From the NCBI GenBank assembly GCA_963514005.1, contig OY740808.1:24428001-24492000 (forward strand): 64,000 nt of DNA, in the 5' to 3' direction. Source of the DNA: Raja brachyura (taxonomy: Eukaryota). Positions 1-13,200 of the stretch are shown here, piece by piece. A program made the position numbers and the translations under genes. Position 1 is the stretch's first letter. The number at the start of each line of letters is the position of its first letter. A model generated the notes under the pieces. The model was not told where the DNA came from and made no database searches. It saw only the letters and a list, made by a program, of their open reading frames with translations.

Positions 1-135
1 TTTTCTATTGTACCTTGCCAAATTCATCAGGATGATTCTGTGTGAATTACATATAATTATTCTCAGAACTTAAGCATCAGTGTAACAATGTAGAAACAAG
101 GAAGTACATATGCTGGTTTACACAAAAGGAAGCAC

Positions 136-800
136 GCAGGTACAGCAGGCAGTGAAGAAAGCTAATGGCATGTTGGTCTTCATAACAAGAGGAGTTGAGT
201 ATATGAGCCAAGAGGTCCTTCTGCAGTTGTACAGGGCCCTGGTGAGACCACACCTGGAGTATTGTGTGCAGTTTTAGTCTCCACATTTGAGGAAGGACAT
301 TCTTGCTGTTGAGGAAGTGTAGCGCAGGATCGCGAGGTTAATTCTCAGCATTTGCTGGACTGTCATATGTTGAAAGAATGGAGAGACTGGGCTTGTATAC
401 ACTGGAATTTAGAGGATGAGAGGGGATTGTATTGAAACATATAAGATTATTAAGAGATTGGACATGCTAGAGGCAGGAAACATGTTCCTGATGTTGGAGT
501 GCAGAACCAGGGGCCACAGTTTAAGAATAAGGGGTTTGGCCATTTTGGACTGAGATGAGGAAAAACGTTTTCACCCAGAGTTGTGAATCTGTGGAATTCT
601 CTGCCTCAGAAGGCAGTGGAGTCCGATTCTCTGGATGCTTTCAAGAGAGAGAATAAAGCTCTTAAAGATAGCAGAGTCAAGGGATATGAGAAGGCAGGAA
701 CCGGGTACTGATTGTGGATGATCAGCCATGATCACAGTGAATGATCATGATCACAGCTGGCTCGAATGACCGAGTGGCCTACTCCTACACCTATCTGTTC
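136..800 (+). mobile_element. CR1-type LINE, 5'-truncated 3' fragment
   Basis: Degenerate ORF2 C-terminus ([12 protein letters not shown]); near-identical to 19480-20150 and the reverse of 59640-60310. Confidence 0.88.
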
Positions 801-1275
801 TGTAGACACACTGATCTGTTCTGTAGTCATGCCTACTATGTTCTGTTGTGCTGAAGCAAAGCAAGAATTTCATTGTCCTATCAGGTACACATGACAATAA
901 ACTCTCTTGAATCATGCCTATTGACACAAAGTGCTGGAGTAACAGCAGCTCAGCCAATTGCTCTCAAAAGCATGGATGTCAAGAGGCCAGCTTTGTCCAG
1001 GAGGACCATGTTGAGTTTCTGACGTTGATGTTGGAAGTGCAATTACCCAACAAGCAAATTTAAAAACAAAAACTGCAGGAGCTAGAGATCTGAAAAATAA
1101 ACAAAAATGAATATAAATGTTGAGTTACACCAGCAATCCGTGTCCATCAGTATAGAATGTAGGAGCTGGCGATCTTAAATATAAATGAAAATGTGCTGAG
1201 TTTCACCAGCACTTTGCGTCCATCAATGTAACAATGTGTGGACCAACACAGAGCACGCAATGAATCGTACCTTCG

Positions 1276-1365
1276 ATTGGTTGCGTGCAATCCAATCAGC
1301 TACGTTTGTACTGCCGTTCGACCAGCCCTTGGGAACCGGTTCGTTGTAGCCTGTGTCCTAGCAAC
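1276..1365 (+). promoter_or_regulatory. core promoter: two opposed CCAAT boxes and an RFX X-box-like motif
   Basis: ATTGG 1276-1280, CCAAT 1292-1296, GTGTCCTAGCAAC 1353-1365 (good TAGCAAC half-site); CpG-rich ~1260-1680; RFX control is typical of ciliary genes. Confidence 0.6.
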
Positions 1366-1410
1366 AGCAGTGAGCCTGGGGCCCTGGCTCTGCACCAGAG
1401 GAGCCGCTGG
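1330..1410 (+). other. CFAP251: probable non-coding exon 1 of CFAP251 (5' start approximate)
   Basis: Strong donor TGG|GTAAGT at 1410/1411 just downstream of CCAAT boxes and an RFX-like motif; the first coding exon has an acceptor only 9 nt before its ATG, implying an upstream exon. Confidence 0.6.
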
Positions 1411-1594
1411 GTAAGTCATGATCATTCTAAAGCGGCAAACTGTGGGCGATATTGTTGAAAACGTATCACTCACTGCAAGCAGAGATGCAGAGCCGACTGA
1501 GCAGGGGATGAGGAGCCGGCCGGCGGATAGACCCGGCTTAGGCCCCGGGGACCGTGCAGCCGGTTCCCCGACCCCTCTGCATCTTCGGGCTCAC

Positions 1595-1670
1595 CATCGT
1601 TTCGTCGCCGTCGCCCTCGTCCAAAATGTGCTGAGTGCAAACAGGCAAAAAATAGCGTAGATTCCCGGAC
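1595..1670 (-). other. candidate first exon of an antisense gene, coding only the ATG (5' start approximate)
   Basis: Minus strand reads GGCGACGAAACG-ATG|GTGAGCC (ATG 1597-1595; A at -3) inside the CpG-rich stretch, followed by GC-rich intron-like sequence. Confidence 0.5.
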
Positions 1671-3653
1671 AGACACTGGGTGTCTCCAGCATTTTCTGTT
1701 TATATTTCAGATTTCCAGCTTCTGCAGTTTTTGTTTTCAATTTTGTGTGATGGGTGATTGTAGGTCCAACGTCAACTTCAGAAACTCCACGTCGTCCAGG
1801 ACAAAGCTGGGGCCTCTTGACTTGCAATTTACCTGCCGCTAAATTTTCACTCCCTGCACTTCGCAGTATGTAGTGGCTGCAATATTGTCTAAAGGAAACT
1901 GTCAATGCTTCTTTATTTCCACAGCCAGCTAAAGGGATAAGGATAGCAAGAATATGGGAGAAGCAACACTAACGTTTCCACCAACCAACCACATGTTATA
2001 ATGAAGACACAAGGAACTACAGATGCTGGAATCTTGAACAAAACACAAAAGTGCTGGAGGAACTCACAACTCAGAGTGTCAGGCAGCATTTGTAGAAGGA
2101 ATGGATAGGCAACATTTCAGATCGAAACCCTCTGATGGAATGGGGGGTGGTGAGAAAGTTGGAGTAGAGTGATGTTGGCAAGATAAAGCCTGGCAAGTGG
2201 TGGGTGAATGCAGGTAAGGGGGGCGGGGTTAGCAAATGGGTGGAGTGAGTGACAAAGGCTGGAGGTGAAAAGGGGAATAAGGGATTTGTGGATGGGAGAA
2301 AAGTTATGAAGGGGGGGTAATGAATTGGACATCCATTACTTTTCCTTTACCACTGGGGAAAAATTCAGAAGTTATGGGATAGTCTTCATCACATCTGCAC
2401 AAAGGCAATTAGGAATGAACAATAAAAATACTGACATTGCCAGAAATGTCCAAATCCTGTAGATTACTTCATTGTAATTATGGTTGAAAACATGTCATGG
2501 TTCCAATCTCAGAATGATATAGAAAAAATACTTTTCTCTTAGTGGTTAAATTCCTTCTCAGTTGTGCCTTTTGAGAAAGAGGGTTGTTTGTGACAACCCA
2601 TATGTCTCCAAATGGATTTTAATGAGGAAACCTAAATATGGAAAATAACCAAAATACAATGGTAATGCCCAGTTAAGTGCTCATTAAACTGTGGCCGTTC
2701 AATACAATAGTTGGAGATATGACAACAATCTGGTCAACAAAAAGAGATAGGGTATATATTCTATTGATTATGATTATAGATTTTCTTGAATTTGGCATGG
2801 CATGCCATGTTTTGACCTCAGTACCTCTTGCCTTCAGTTTTGCCAGAGCTCCTTAATAGCACACTTGGCTTAATACTGCCTCGATGTCAAGAGCTGTAAC
2901 TCCCACCTCATTTCTAAGATTGAGCTCTTTGGTTATTGTTTAATCAATTGTGGTCTGAAGCCAAGCAAAAGTGAAACCCAAAGTATTAGTGAGCTGGTCA
3001 TCTCCACCTTTTTCTGCATTTATTATGAATTTCCCAACCTCAGCAGTTGTTTGCTTTTCAGTTGTAATGGACTGCCTCCTCTCTCCCAGGAAAGCCCATC
3101 TTGCAGAGGTTCTCTTCCACTCTTTGCTGGGACTTCACCTATCTCTTTCACTTTGCTCATCTTCAGTGGTTTCTGTTTCCCTTCTTCTCCTAATTAACAT
3201 TGACAAAAACTCTCTCCTTTGGCTATATCACTGTCCTTATCAAATATCTCTGCCACCATCCTATTCCATGTGTATTTAAAATGAACCTTCACCCCTTCAC
3301 AGTTTCAGATACATTCATGATCGTAAGCATATTCAAACCATCCTGGATTCTTGTATTTGCCAGGGTATTCCTTGATGTCTTCCTTTTCTTCTTTGCATCG
3401 ATTCTTCAATTGAAGTAATTTATTTCCCTGTCTTTAATTTACTGTACTTCATCTCCTTGATAGCTACATTTCCAGGCAAATTGCCTGATTTTGTAATCAA
3501 CTGATTAAATTGTCCACTATTTTCCCTGTTGTTTTCGTTCCACTTTGTATCAACTGCTAACCTCCAATCTTCTACACAGATTACTACAGCTGAGGTGGGA
3601 CATTTACAATGTGGGAAGTTACAATGTATGAAACCTTTTGTCAGTGATCAAAT

Positions 3654-4208
3654 ATGGCTGGAAGTGAGAAGGAACCCACCAATAATATAACAAGTGAAGA
3701 TACAAGTCTAATGTCTGAAGAACCTCAAGAATTAATGAAGGATGTTGAAGAACCTTTGGACGAGGAAAAAATATTGAAACCAGAGGAAACTCAAGTTTCA
3801 ACTCAAGTTTCCTCTGATCCTGAATATGCTGCAGAGAGTGAAAGAATTTCATCTCCAGAAGAGACTGGACAGACTATTAATAATAATGTGAATGAAAATA
3901 TAGACACACCCAAAGAAATTGACATTATTGATCAACATAATGAAATAGTGTCTGAAGATGTAGGCTCGGAAAGTTCTGAACAGCACTTCACTACTCCACC
4001 ACCTGATGTTGATACACAATCGGATGAACATACGGAAAACATACAAGATAATGAACGTGAAGAACAAATTAAAGTTGAAGATCAATTGGATCAGGTTAAA
4101 CCAGAAAACCAAGGTCCACCACCAACCCCAATAACAGATCAGCCTCAGTCTTCCCCAGAAAAGATTCCAGAAACAGAGAGAGATACGAGGTCCCTGGATA
4201 CAGAACAG
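3654..4208 (+). CDS. CFAP251: CFAP251 coding exon 1 (MAGSEKEP...SLDTEQ), acidic low-complexity N-terminus
   Basis: Acceptor ttttgtcag ending 3644, ATG 3654, donor CAG|gtcagt; 555 nt, phase 0; E/D/Q/P/S/T-rich like the WDR66 N-terminus. Confidence 0.8.
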
Positions 4209-7200
4209 GTCAGTGCAAATATTGATACATGTTATTTATTGTAGGGGTGCCAGGCTGGGAACATGGGGAAGGAAACAGTAGGGAGACGTGGGCAAAGAGA
4301 AAAATTAGTGGATGAGGGAAAATACGTTTAGAAAACGATGATGGATGGTGAGAAATTGGAGATGGGGATAATGGAGGAGCAAGAGAGATTAGGAAAGAAG
4401 ATAGCAAGAGGAGCCGGGAGATTAGGGTAGGGATCATTCAGAGAGGGTGAAACAGGTTGAAAATGGGGAATCTCAGAGGAAGGATAGATTGGCTGAAGAG
4501 ATGAATAAGAGATATTGGTTGGTGGATAATGGGAGCTGTGTGGAAGATGATCATGAAGGGGTGAGAGGAATCAGGAAGAGGTTCGTGAGGACCCAAAGTG
4601 ATTGGAAACGGGGATTGCAGTGATATGAGAGATTGGGGGAAAAGAGTCATGAGGAAGGATTGATGGCGGACTGATTTGGTTAGGCACATAAGTGGGAGTG
4701 GGATTTGGTTCATGGAGTGACAATTGAGAAGGGTTAAGAAGATATTTTGGGTGGGGGAATTCAGGCACAAGTACAGCAGGGGATATGGGCATTGTGTTCC
4801 CATGGCTTCGGCCCTTGAACCAACTTTGACTCGGCCCTCTGGTTAAGACCTTATTCAGAGGCTGAGGCCTGCTGCATTCATAGTCTCATGTTGACAGTAG
4901 AATTTTTCAATCTGATGCCAGTTATTAATTGTTACTCTGTATCCTTGTAGTTCCATGCTTAAATATCTCATATTTAGTTTAGTTTATTGTCACGTGTACC
5001 GAGGTACAGTGAAAAAGTTCATAGAGAACGCAGAAAAAAATCATAATTAACTGCTTTTAGTGAAATGTATTCAAATGGTGGACAGTAGTCTTGTACATTG
5101 CATTGTTTCTGACAAGCCCATAGACAGAGGAGCAGAATTAGGCCATTCCGACATTGAGTCTACTCCGCCATGCAATCATAGCTGATCTTTTTTTTCCGCT
5201 CAACCCCATTCTCCTGCCACCCAAGTCTTTTCAAACATTAGGTGAATGATTACCATGCATTATTAATTTATAATTCAGATATTGTTTTGATGAAAATTCT
5301 TTTTAAGTTTAAGATATTTTAAGTTTAAGATGATTTTTGTGTCTGCCTCATCATTGTTTCCAAATGTTTGTATGGTTCGTGTGCAGGAAAATATACTAGT
5401 TGGGACTAATTAAAATTGTCTGCACAAAACAGTTTTGAGTGCAGATCAATAATTGTTATTTTGCTTTACAGCGAGCAAAGGATGATTTAGGATTGGTTGG
5501 TCCTAAAACAGATGGACCGGAGCGGCTTGCTTCTGCTCCTGCAAGGCTGGGCACCGATGAGATGTGCCAAGTGGACACAATGTTACAGGATTTATGGCAC
5601 TGTGCAGTGGCAGTAGGAACAGACTTTCCTCTGACAGAATGTCTGACAGAGACCTCAGTGGTTGATACTGCAATTTGTGACACTGTGTTTGAAGAGCACT
5701 CCTACATTAAGCAAAATTCTTTGGTAAGAACTACCTTGCTACAACTACCAAATAACATTAATTTGTCCAGCGGAAAGGAACATTGCCTGTTCCCTCCTAC
5801 CCTAATCTAATATTTGTCTCACCTTTTAAATTCTCTCTCCCATGCTATACAGTGAGCACTTCAAGAAGGCTGACAACTATTACCAAAACATTATTGTTAC
5901 GGCTTTTTAAGAAGTTACCGGGAGGTATTTTAGATTAGCTATAACAGCTGAGATGACATTGTGGAATAGAAGAATTAGTTTTGAAAAGCCATGTTGATAT
6001 TCTAATACACTATGCCAATCAGAATCTCATTTTAACATATTTACTTTCTTTCTCTGGTATTACTAATCATTTAGTAAATTAAAAAAAAAATTCTGCTTCA
6101 GTTCTTTTGGGTAAATCTGTTTTGGATAATTTATTTCATAGGAAAGAAATCCACTGAAAATGTTGTATGGATAGTTCATCCAAACACAAGGAATATTTAC
6201 ATCTTTGCAGTTTATATGGCTGTACATTGCAGTCATGCCTAGAGCAATCTCTCTATGTTTAATCATCACACCCAATAATGCCATGTCCTTTTACATTGTA
6301 TGCAAAATAGATTTGGTAGGTTTGGCATTACAAAAGAACTCCCTTCCTGCATCCCACGGAATATTCTCCTTGCCCTTCCAGCAGGACGATTTCATGGACC
6401 TTGACTTGTATTGCTCAGGAGTATTCCATCCATAGGAAGACAAAGATTTTAGGCAGACCACAGCTTTTTCCAGACTTAGAATGTGGAACATAGAACAGTG
6501 CAGCACAGGAATAGACCCTTTGGTGCCAAACATGATGCCAAGACAAACTAATCTCATTTGCTTGCATATGATCCATATCCATCCATTCACTGCACATCCG
6601 TGCCTATCCAAAAGCATTTTAAATGCCACTGGACCAAGTGGCATTTAAAAGGAGGGGTGAGGGGGGAAAGGGGGAGGGGGGTGGAAGAGAGGCAGTGGGG
6701 GAGGGGGCTGGAAGAGAGGCCATGGGGGAGGGGCGGTGGAAGAGAGGCCATGGGGGAGGGGCGGTGGAAGAGAGGCCTGAGGGGAGAGGGGGAGGGGGGA
6801 GAAATGCCGGGGGGGAGGGGGTGGTGGAAGAGAGGCCGTGGGGGAGGGGGGGAGGCGGGAGAGGTAGGGGGGGTGAGAGGTGCGTCTTTTGAATAATGGG
6901 GGGAGGAGGGAGAGGTGGGGGGCACGTCACTCGCAGCAAGCGGACCCAAGACAGCAGCACGCAGATCCATTGTGACATCATCAGCGAAAGCTGACTTTTA
7001 ATAGTTACTAGACCAATTGGGGGGGGGGGGAGCCTGCGCACGCACACACTTACCACCCCCTTCCACACACACTAACCGCTCCCTTTGATATTATATTAAT
7101 ACAGATGGATTATCATATCTGCCTCCACCACCATCACCACAGGCAGCCCCCACCCGCTGTGTAAAAAAACATACATTGATGATCTCGCGTTGCATGTGGT

Positions 7201-10200
7201 ACAAAAAAACAACCAGAAAATTATGCTTGCATCAAAAATACGAATTTTCACACCGTGCCTTCAATGTTATACACTTATCTTGCATAATTGTTTAAAAGGG
7301 AAGGAATACAAATATTTATATTAGGCAATTGAAAGATAGAACAAATTTGTTTTCTTTTAATAGAACTTAATATGGTCTTTTGGAATTAATAAAGATTCTC
7401 CAGTGTATGCTCTGCATATTGACAACAGGAGATTGATCCTTTATGCTTCTTCGCATACTGCAGTTATGAATAATTTTTCAATTACCCGTCAACATCTCTT
7501 GCAGGCAAGTTACTTGAACATAATTTTGTTTTTGTGTTAATAGAGTGATATGTGAAAGTGTGGTAAGGTAGTTCAATACTGGCAAAGATCTGTTGGGCCA
7601 ATTGCTCTGTACCGAGCTGAAATATTTTAGGTAATTCAATACAATTTCCTGAAAGAATCAAGATTTGTCAGACATAACTTGTCTTGTACAAATCCACGCT
7701 GAATGTTCTTAACTAAACTGCACTTTTGCCAATATATTAATTTTATCTAGCTTACTAGAGAATTAAGATTTTATACCAATTGGTCTATGCTTATCCATTT
7801 TGTCTTCTCTCCCTTCCTCAACGATACCTCATCGCCTTTTCCAGCATCAGGCCAAAATTTGTACGTTAAATATTCAAAACAAAAAGTGGCAAAATCTCTG
7901 CTATCATTTTTCATGTTTTTCAACAGCCAAGGTGTGAATGGAATGAGGGCGATGACTTCACTATCTTAGTACGACGAACACCATACACTCATGACTGTAT
8001 TACACCATTTACATCTGACCACATTCTGTAATAACTCCAAACAACAAAGAGTCAGAGGACAGGAAGGAGATGGCGAGCTAAGTAGCATGGTGTCAAGACA
8101 ACAACTTCTCCCTCAATATCAGCAAAACGAAAGAGCTAGTCATGAACTTCAGGAAGTGGGTGGAGTGCTCACCCCTGCCTGCATCAGTGGTGCTGAGGTA
8201 GAGATGGTTGAGAGCTTCAGGTTCCTTGGTGTAATTATCACAAACAATTTGTTTTGGTCTGACCATATTGACATCATGGTTAAAAGAAACCACACTACTT
8301 CCTCAGAAGTCTCTTAATGTTTCTTACAAATTTCTACAGATGCACCTTAGAAAGCACCCTATCCAGGTGCTTCACCATTAGTAGTGCAAGTGCTCTGCCC
8401 AAGACCACAAGAAATTGCAGAGTTGAGTCCAGTCCATCATGCAAACCAGCCTCCACCCCAATCAATGCTAAGGGTCAAGATTTGATATCCCAATTTACCT
8501 CAGTGAGGGCCTGACCACTTGTATTCTATGTTCACTTTCTCTGCAGCTGTAACACTATTCTGTATTCAGCTTCTCTTTTGTACTACCATGAGATACTTAT
8601 GTATGGCATGATTTGCCTGAATAGTACACAAACAAAGTTTGTAATTGAATCTTGGTGCACATGGCAATAATAAATCATTTTCAATAATTTCAGAAAGATC
8701 CCTTACCAAAGGCATTTCAGTTGTTCTTACTGAAGTGGACATGCATTCATATTACACCCATCATTTGTAAAGGTCCATACATTATTTATTTAATAAGGAT
8801 ATCAATTCTATTATATATATTGAGATTCATTTTATTCATGAGTGAACCCACTATTTGAATAACATTAAAAACACCAATTTAAAATGCAATTAGCACTGAA
8901 TGTTTGAGTAAAGTCAACTGTAGGATTGCTATTAATACGAAGCAATGAATTAGTAAATATAAAATGCACAATTTTGTATTAAATCCATTTTTAATCTCCT
9001 TATATAACTTACAATTCTTTAGGGTCATTCTAGCCTCATTTCATGTATAGCTGTGTGCGGCAACAGGAGATGGGTAGCAACAGCAGACCAAAGCCCAGAG
9101 AGTTTAGTTATTGTATGGGACACTTTCTCGGGGTAAGTTTAAGTATGTAATAATTAGTTTCATTAAATTACTTTTGTATATGTCTATCATCGGTGTACTT
9201 CTAACATGCGATATCTAACTTATTTTAATTGCAGAATTTAATTAATTTGATTTTTCGTCCTTTCTCGTTTCTGCTGGTCTCCGTACATTATCTGTATCTA
9301 AGAAGGCAGAAGCTCTATTACAGCATAGTTTGCCAGGTCTTACACCCCTTCCTCAACTATCTATCTACATTGGCTAGGTCCTCTCTGCACTTTCAGTGCA
9401 GATAAACCGTCCCAACTTGAAACATCGTCAGTCTACTAAGTTCCTCTAGAGGGTTCTTTGTTTCTCCACAGTCAAACATTTGCAGGACACTCTTATGTCT
9501 CCTGTTTCCAATGATGGAATGTAACTGGGCTGTTGGATAATATATGAGAGAATTTTTGGTAAAACTAGTTCTAAATTTTCCATCCAACCCATTTGTGGGG
9601 AAATTCATGGTCTTTGGCTGATATTGCCCATTTATAATTTTAACAAGTACCACATCATAGTGAGGTATTATAGACAGACGTTTCGGAGATTGTGAAGTAT
9701 ATATATTCAGGACTACATAAAGAATTATGATGAGTTAGAACATTTGATATCATGCATCTCAAACAAAAATTATAATAATCAGAAAAGTGAACTGCCAATA
9801 TTGGATTAGACAATTTCTCTGTCAAGTTGCTATTCTGTGGTCTTTTGTATTAAAAAAAAATCTATTGTCCAGCAGCAGAAAACCTTCCATTGTCGTTGAT
9901 TATTAGCTTGGTTCATATTACATTATTTGCTTGGTTATCTTTAGCAAAGCTTGAGTGTCTTCATCGCCTCATGTTTACCATGCACATCCAGTCCCTGTAT
10001 ACCTCCATTCTCAAATCAGGAAGCCCTTGGGGTTCTTCCTTGAACTAAGGCACAATTAGATAGCCTCAACTAATACTCTCCACTGCCAGAGTGAGGCCAC
10101 ATGCAGAATGCAAAGGGTTTCTCGAAGGTGGCTCACCACCATCTTCCCAAAGGCTATTAGAGATGGATAAAATATGCTGGTCTTGTCGGCAATGCCTGCA

Positions 10201-13200
10201 TATTTTTTGAATTCCTACATTATGTAATAGGAAAGGGTTTTCTTGAATTTGGTACTCCAGTCAGAGCACTCTTGCTCTTGGGATATAAAATTGTAGGTTC
10301 TTATTTCACTTCAAAAACTAGATCATATAAATCTAGGCTCTCCAGCTGCAGTGATTATGAACCATTAAAGATGACTGTCTTTTAAATGAAACATTAAACT
10401 GAGACACTCTCAACCTTCCTGGTGGAAGTAAAAGATCCTAGGCACTATTACAAAGATTAGATTTCTGGTGTAATGTACGTCCTTTGAAATTTGTGAAAGT
10501 TGTTTGGTAATCCTAAAGTTTCACTCTTGGTGATAAAATGCTTTGTAATTTACCTGCTGTCTTAGTCAATATTTATCCTTGAGGCAATGTCTCAAAAATT
10601 ATCAATTAATTATCACAGTTGAGTGAGAAGACAGAGTGCTGGAGTAGCACAAGGGATCAAGCAACATCTCAGGAGAAAATGGATAGGCGACGTTTCAAAT
10701 CGGAATTCTTCGTTAGACTGCTTGCAGGGGGGTGGGGAAGGAAGCTGGAAGAGAGGAGGGGCAGGACAAAGCCTGACAGCTGCGTGAGTGAGCTTGCTGT
10801 GCACAAATTGGCAGTCATATTTCGTACCATATAATAATTACTAAGATTTGATTAAACCATACGGTTACAAGGCTTTTGTGAGATGGTGAGGGGTCATGAC
10901 AAGCGCTCTGCAAATACAGTATTTCTTTCAAGGAGTGCACCCGAAAATAGCATTTGTGTGAGAATTGAAGAAAATGCACTTTATTAGAATCAATGTCAGG
11001 AATCAATATTTGTTTAAAAGTATGTTTTTTTACATATCAAAAAGACTGATTATTCCTATCATGTAACTTGCTGTCATCAAATATCATAATAAGTAATAAC
11101 ATTATTTATGTAATTTGGAGTATTGAACTTAGTTTACAACCACTAAGTGTTTACTTCTTGGCTTGCAGTATACCTGTACAAACACTCTTTGACTGTCACC
11201 CTGAGGGTGGAGTTCGAGCTTTAGCAATGTCTCATGATGCCAAGTACCTTGCAACAATTGGAACAGGAGCAATTCAGGTACATAACTAATAATTTATTAT
11301 TTTTAATCAGTTTTACTGCCTTTCAAAATATTTGCATTCATGAACTCTAACATAATATACAAAGGAATATTTTAACCCTGTATGTACAAATAGCATTTTT
11401 ATTGAATATGAGGCACAGAAGTTTGTGAAGGCGGTCAATGGTTATTTTTAATTGATAGATTGATAGATTTTTGATTAGCACAGGTGTCAGGGGTTGTGGG
11501 AAGAAAGTAGGAGAATGGGGTTAGGTGGAAGAGATAGATCAGCCATGATTGAATGGTGGAGCAGACTTGATGTGCCGAATTGTCTAATTCTGCACCTATC
11601 ACATATCCCTTATGCAACTCGTTCATTTGTCACTTTGCTATTTTTCCCTGTAATTTACATTATTTTCAAAGAGCCAAGTAAACAATGAATTGATATGAAA
11701 TAATAATTGAATTCATACAATCATACATCATTAGAAAATATTTGTGCAATATTTCATTGTTCAAGAAGGGAAAGCAGAATGTTATGTCACATACTGCAAT
11801 ATGAAGTTTAATTTTCCCTGCTACAGAGAGGAATGATAGGTCTGTTAATTTTTGTTAGCTTGTGACCTCTGGCAGAAAGTGAAAGCATTGAGTGCTTGGA
11901 TGAGAACAGATTGCACCTGGAAGTGATCCCTTTTATTGCTTGGTTTAACTGGTCTATTAATTCTTGACGACTAAGCACATGTAACAAGATATGTCCACAT
12001 GGATCAATAATTGTTGGTGTGTAAACCTGGAGCCCTGGGCAACTCCGAGGCTTTTGGAAAAATGCAAAGTGGAAAAACAGCAATAGAATGAATAAGGCTG
12101 ATTTCTCATGGCTCATCTCTGTTCAATATCAGCCAGGGGTAGGGTAGGTACCCAAAGACAGGTATTCCCATCGCAATTTTGGTACGTAATATTTAAGGAG
12201 TATCTGGGTGAGTTTGTACGCTATAAGCGATACCAGCAAATTGGATTTGTGTAGGTTGGTACGAGATGATCAGCATAGACAGGGTGGTTTGAAGGGCCAG
12301 TTTATTTCCATTAAAATTATATGACTCTATCCCATAGAATTATCAGAACACGGACATTTTGACAATCAATCTTGTCCACTGGCTTCCGAGGCTTGCAGCT
12401 GCATGTTGGGGTTATGTTGAAATATTTGGCTAGTGGTATATCCATGAATTCTAGGAGGATGGAGACAAAAAGTCTTACTTAATGAGTCCGAAGAAGGATC
12501 TTGACCTGAAACATCGCCTGTCCATTTCCCCCAGGAATGCTGCCTGAGCAGCTGTTACTCCAGCATTGTGTGTCCTTTTGTTTCTTACTTAACTTATATT
12601 TTCATCCTGTTAAATTGGTTCCCTGCAGATCCTCTTGTGGGCGGAAGTTAAAGATCAGATTGCTTAATTGTGACTGCCAGCATTACATTGGAATTGTTCA
12701 GTCTACAGGTGACAATGGTATGGAGGAGTGTTTTAGTAGCAGATAAGCTGAGGTGAATTTGGAGGCGGTTGATGTTGCATGGGAAAGCAAAGAGATTTTG
12801 TGATGAGGATTTGAAAGTTAAATAAGTTATCAGGCGTGCATTCGGGTTGGTTGCAATTGTTGGTTAGGTTGATCAAGTTATTGACGGGGATCCTGAGATA
12901 ATACCAATGTATTTGTAATTTACAATATTTAGCTGCAGGAAATTGCAACTCACCCTGAACTGAATTTGGAAAGCACTCTGATAACATAGATAGTAGAGGA
13001 ATTGAATAAGATGGTGGGGAGTGCTCGTTGGTTATAAGTGACCTCATGACTTAATGGCATAATGTTGCCAAAAGGCAGCATGTGTACAATAAAGAGTGCA
13101 AATAAAAAGTCTTGTGAATTGCAAAGGTTAGATGCTGTTGTGATTATTTGATCATACAAAGACATTCAAATGAAGATTACCTAGTAAACTGAATAACATG

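Larger units (their letters stand above)
978..1821. repeat. diverged ~130 bp inverted repeat pair (978-1109 and 1690-1821)
   Basis: GTCAAGAGGCC..AGCTTTGTCC..GAGTTTCTGA..AAAACAAAAACTGCAG..ATCTGAAA..TAAACA..AAATG occurs forward at 978 and reverse-complemented ending at 1821. Confidence 0.85.

Noticed and set aside
14-37. Minus-strand 24 nt AG/GT-bounded microexon candidate (NHPDEFGK), in frame with the ATG-only exon
   Set aside because: Poor polypyrimidine tract, weak donor and no recognisable protein; likely chance without transcript data.
2800-3600. Purine-rich, coding-looking minus strand upstream of the first coding exon
   Set aside because: No sustained ORF; the left part resembles a decayed LINE RT piece (ALDI motif).
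4245-4800. GA-rich stretch as a possible extension of the acidic exon
   Set aside because: Stop at 4244 in the exon frame, frequent stops afterwards; low-complexity sequence.
6558-7068. Pro-rich and Gly-rich ORFs
   Set aside because: By-products of the G-rich minisatellite.
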